Of a DNA stretch of 64,000 bases, positions 62,336 through 64,000 are shown piece by piece. The translations under genes and the position numbers were made by a program. The DNA is from Spirochaetota bacterium. Lineage in GTDB: Bacteria > Spirochaetota > UBA4802 > UBA5550. Location of the stretch: positions 2,048,001 to 2,112,000 of the forward strand of contig CAXXHB010000003.1 of assembly GCA_963664815.2 (NCBI GenBank). Reading direction: 5' to 3'. Position 1 is the stretch's first letter, and every line of letters starts with the position of its first letter. A model generated the notes under the pieces. It had not been told where the DNA came from. It made no database searches and was given only the letters and a program-made list of their open reading frames with translations.

Positions 62336-63698
62336 TTAACTTGTATCTTTGCACTGACTCAATATACTTTTGCTGTTCAGCTTGTATCAGTGCTTCCGTT
62401 CCTTTTACAATTTTATAATTATAAACTGGTGTACTAGTAATTGGTTTACTTAATGTAGCTGAAAAATTTGATGTTGAACCACCAGTTTGTATCGAAAAAT
62501 ATTTATCTCCAAAATCAATTTCTCCAGAAATATGGTTATAAGTAGCACTTAACGAACCAGAATTTCCATTCCCATATCCGAATCCAACAACTCCAGTAAC
62601 CCACGCGGCAGGACTTTCTCCAAGTGTTAAGTAAGTATCTCTTGAAGCTGAAAACGTACCTTCAGCTAGATTTACATTGAGAGAGTAACCAATTGTACCA
62701 CCTCCACCAAGATTAGTTGCACTATTTTCTATCGCCCCTGTAATGATGACGCTTCCTTTGCCATTTGGCAAATATTCAATTACTTTTCCTAAAACAGTTG
62801 GTTCAATCCCAGTTACTACTTCTGTAATAATTCTATCACCTGCTTTTATATTATCCGGATTGGCAATCTGAGGATTATTCGCCATAAGCTTAGCATATTC
62901 TGTATCAAAATCAGTTTTAATGCTTTTATCAGCTAGAGCTTTTACATTACCTTCAACAATTTTAGCTATTGTATCCCCTTTATCTATCTGTTCGGTTTTA
63001 ACCCCGATGGTACCTTTTTTATCATATTCTTCAAATGAAGCGCAATAAATCTTTGGTTTAGAACGTGCTACTACTCCACCATCTTCACTTGTATCAAGTT
63101 CCTTCGCCTTTTCGCTACCCTTAACCAGTGTATCTGATTCAGCATTCGCATTATTCCAGTTAATTACAGCATCATGATTTGTAGTTGTTGAAGCAGTATC
63201 CGAAAACCTGTTCCATAAATTTCCTGCCTGTTCTCCACGTGAAGATGCAAGTATTAGCTGCTGTCCTGCATCAAGGTCCAGCCCATTAGTGGTGTTATCC
63301 TTCCTCTGGGCTTCCCAGAAGAGTGATGTAATAATATCTCCACCCTTTGATATATCTGTTCCTTCGGTATTCAGATATGTTTCATTATTATTCTGGTCAT
63401 ATGCTGCTGCATATCCATTCATCGCGTTATCTGTTTTATCACCCTGATACAGATTTACATGAGATATTTTATCATCCTTAACTCCATCGCTGCTCTGAAC
63501 AGTTTCAGAAACCTTATTAACCGCTTCTCCCAATGATGCCGCATCTTTATCAAGTGCATTATCGAGTTTTTCAGCTAAAGCCTTGTTCTCTGCCAGGGAT
63601 GCTATTGTTAATACATCCTTACGGGCATTAATTACAGCCTCGAGTGTACCCGCGAATCCAAGACCTTCTTTAGCTTTGGTAGTTTCTGTTGCCTCTTC
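62328..63698 (-). CDS. orphan cassette (anchor 2) with LysM-like domain and Gly-rich tip
   Basis: IDKGDTIAKI...NPQIANPDNIKAGDRI; frame open up to the spacer-B junction. Confidence 0.75.
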   Translation of the reverse strand, partial: EEATETTKAKEGLGFAGTLEAVINARKDVLTIASLAENKALAEKLDNALDKDAASLGEAVNKVSETVQSSDGVKDDKISHVNLYQGDKTDNAMNGYAAAYDQNNNETYLNTEGTDISKGGDIITSLFWEAQRKDNTTNGLDLDAGQQLILASSRGEQAGNLWNRFSDTASTTTNHDAVINWNNANAESDTLVKGSEKAKELDTSEDGGVVARSKPKIYCASFEEYDKKGTIGVKTEQIDKGDTIAKIVEGNVKALADKSIKTDFDTEYAKLMANNPQIANPDNIKAGDRIITEVVTGIEPTVLGKVIEYLPNGKGSVIITGAIENSATNLGGGGTIGYSLNVNLAEGTFSASRDTYLTLGESPAAWVTGVVGFGYGNGNSGSLSATYNHISGEIDFGDKYFSIQTGGSTSNFSATLSKPITSTPVYNYKIVKGTEALIQAEQQKYIESVQRYKLND

Positions 63699-63782
63699 AA
63701 CATCTGCCCGTATACAATCCTGAGAAAACGGTTTTTCACTGTATATAATATAAAAAAATTACTTTCAAAGATCAATAATTAA
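63699..63782 (-). repeat. partial spacer B, interrupted
   Basis: Matches 41338-41421, then homology stops abruptly. Confidence 0.8.
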
Positions 63783-64000
63783 TTCGAGTTAGGCGTTTTT
63801 TAAAAGAAAAAGATAATGAGGCAAAAAATTGTATTAATTTTAAGCCCCATTATGAATAGTATTTTAAAAACGACTTAACATGGATAAAAAAATAAACAAC
63901 AGAGAGCAGAAGACAAGTACTTTACAGCAGCAGAAGAAATATTTTCAAAGCCTCAGATGAGACATTTCAAGACGATGCTGATGGGAATAATAGAATATGA
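63783..64000 (+). mobile_element. possible start of an IS701/IS4-like element
   Basis: Interrupts spacer B; frame ..KYFTAAEEIFSKPQMRHFKTMLMGII resembles DDE transposase N-termini and needs a -1 shift after ATG 63880. Confidence 0.4.

Larger units (their letters stand above)
34285..64000 (-). other. CdiA/haemagglutinin polymorphic toxin locus with orphan toxin-immunity cassette array
   Basis: Repeated scaffold fragments fused to different AT-rich tips, each followed by a small gene; all on the minus strand. Confidence 0.92.

Noticed and set aside
34465-63782. Recurring spacers A and B as a CRISPR array
   Set aside because: Units are 230-260 bp, separated by kilobase coding cassettes, and there are no cas genes.
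34285-64000. Diversity-generating retroelement or shufflon
   Set aside because: There is no reverse transcriptase or invertase, no evident adenine-specific variation between repeats, and all cassettes share one orientation.

Overview
Low-GC bacterial chromosome segment from a diderm, possibly a spirochaete (inference). 1-30.8 kb is mostly housekeeping: tRNA-Leu, tRNA-Gly, tig-clpP-clpX, rluA-type gene, LTA synthase-family gene, a glycine-cleavage/lipoylation operon and assorted small enzymes and sensors. It also holds a flagellin homologue that starts with a Sec-type signal peptide. An intact IS21 element with a 6-bp target duplication lies at 30.9-33.4 kb. 34.2-64 kb is a large CdiA/filamentous-haemagglutinin polymorphic toxin locus. 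It has one full-length 2306-aa gene, an IS66-truncated remnant of a probable TpsB/CdiB transporter, and about ten orphan toxin-tip/immunity cassettes (RNase Sa/barstar, AHH nuclease, M91-like peptidase, RNase/CPCC, LysM tip, unknowns). The most unusual feature is that cassette boundaries coincide with recurring structured non-coding elements: a GTAG-type REP doublet plus a Flavo-1-like RNA (spacer A), a promoter plus a covarying attC-like hairpin (spacer B), and a CATAGGG scar at three deletion joints. This suggests site-directed, integron- or REP-like assembly of toxin cassettes. No recombinase gene is visible in the window. All calls were made by eye, without database searches.
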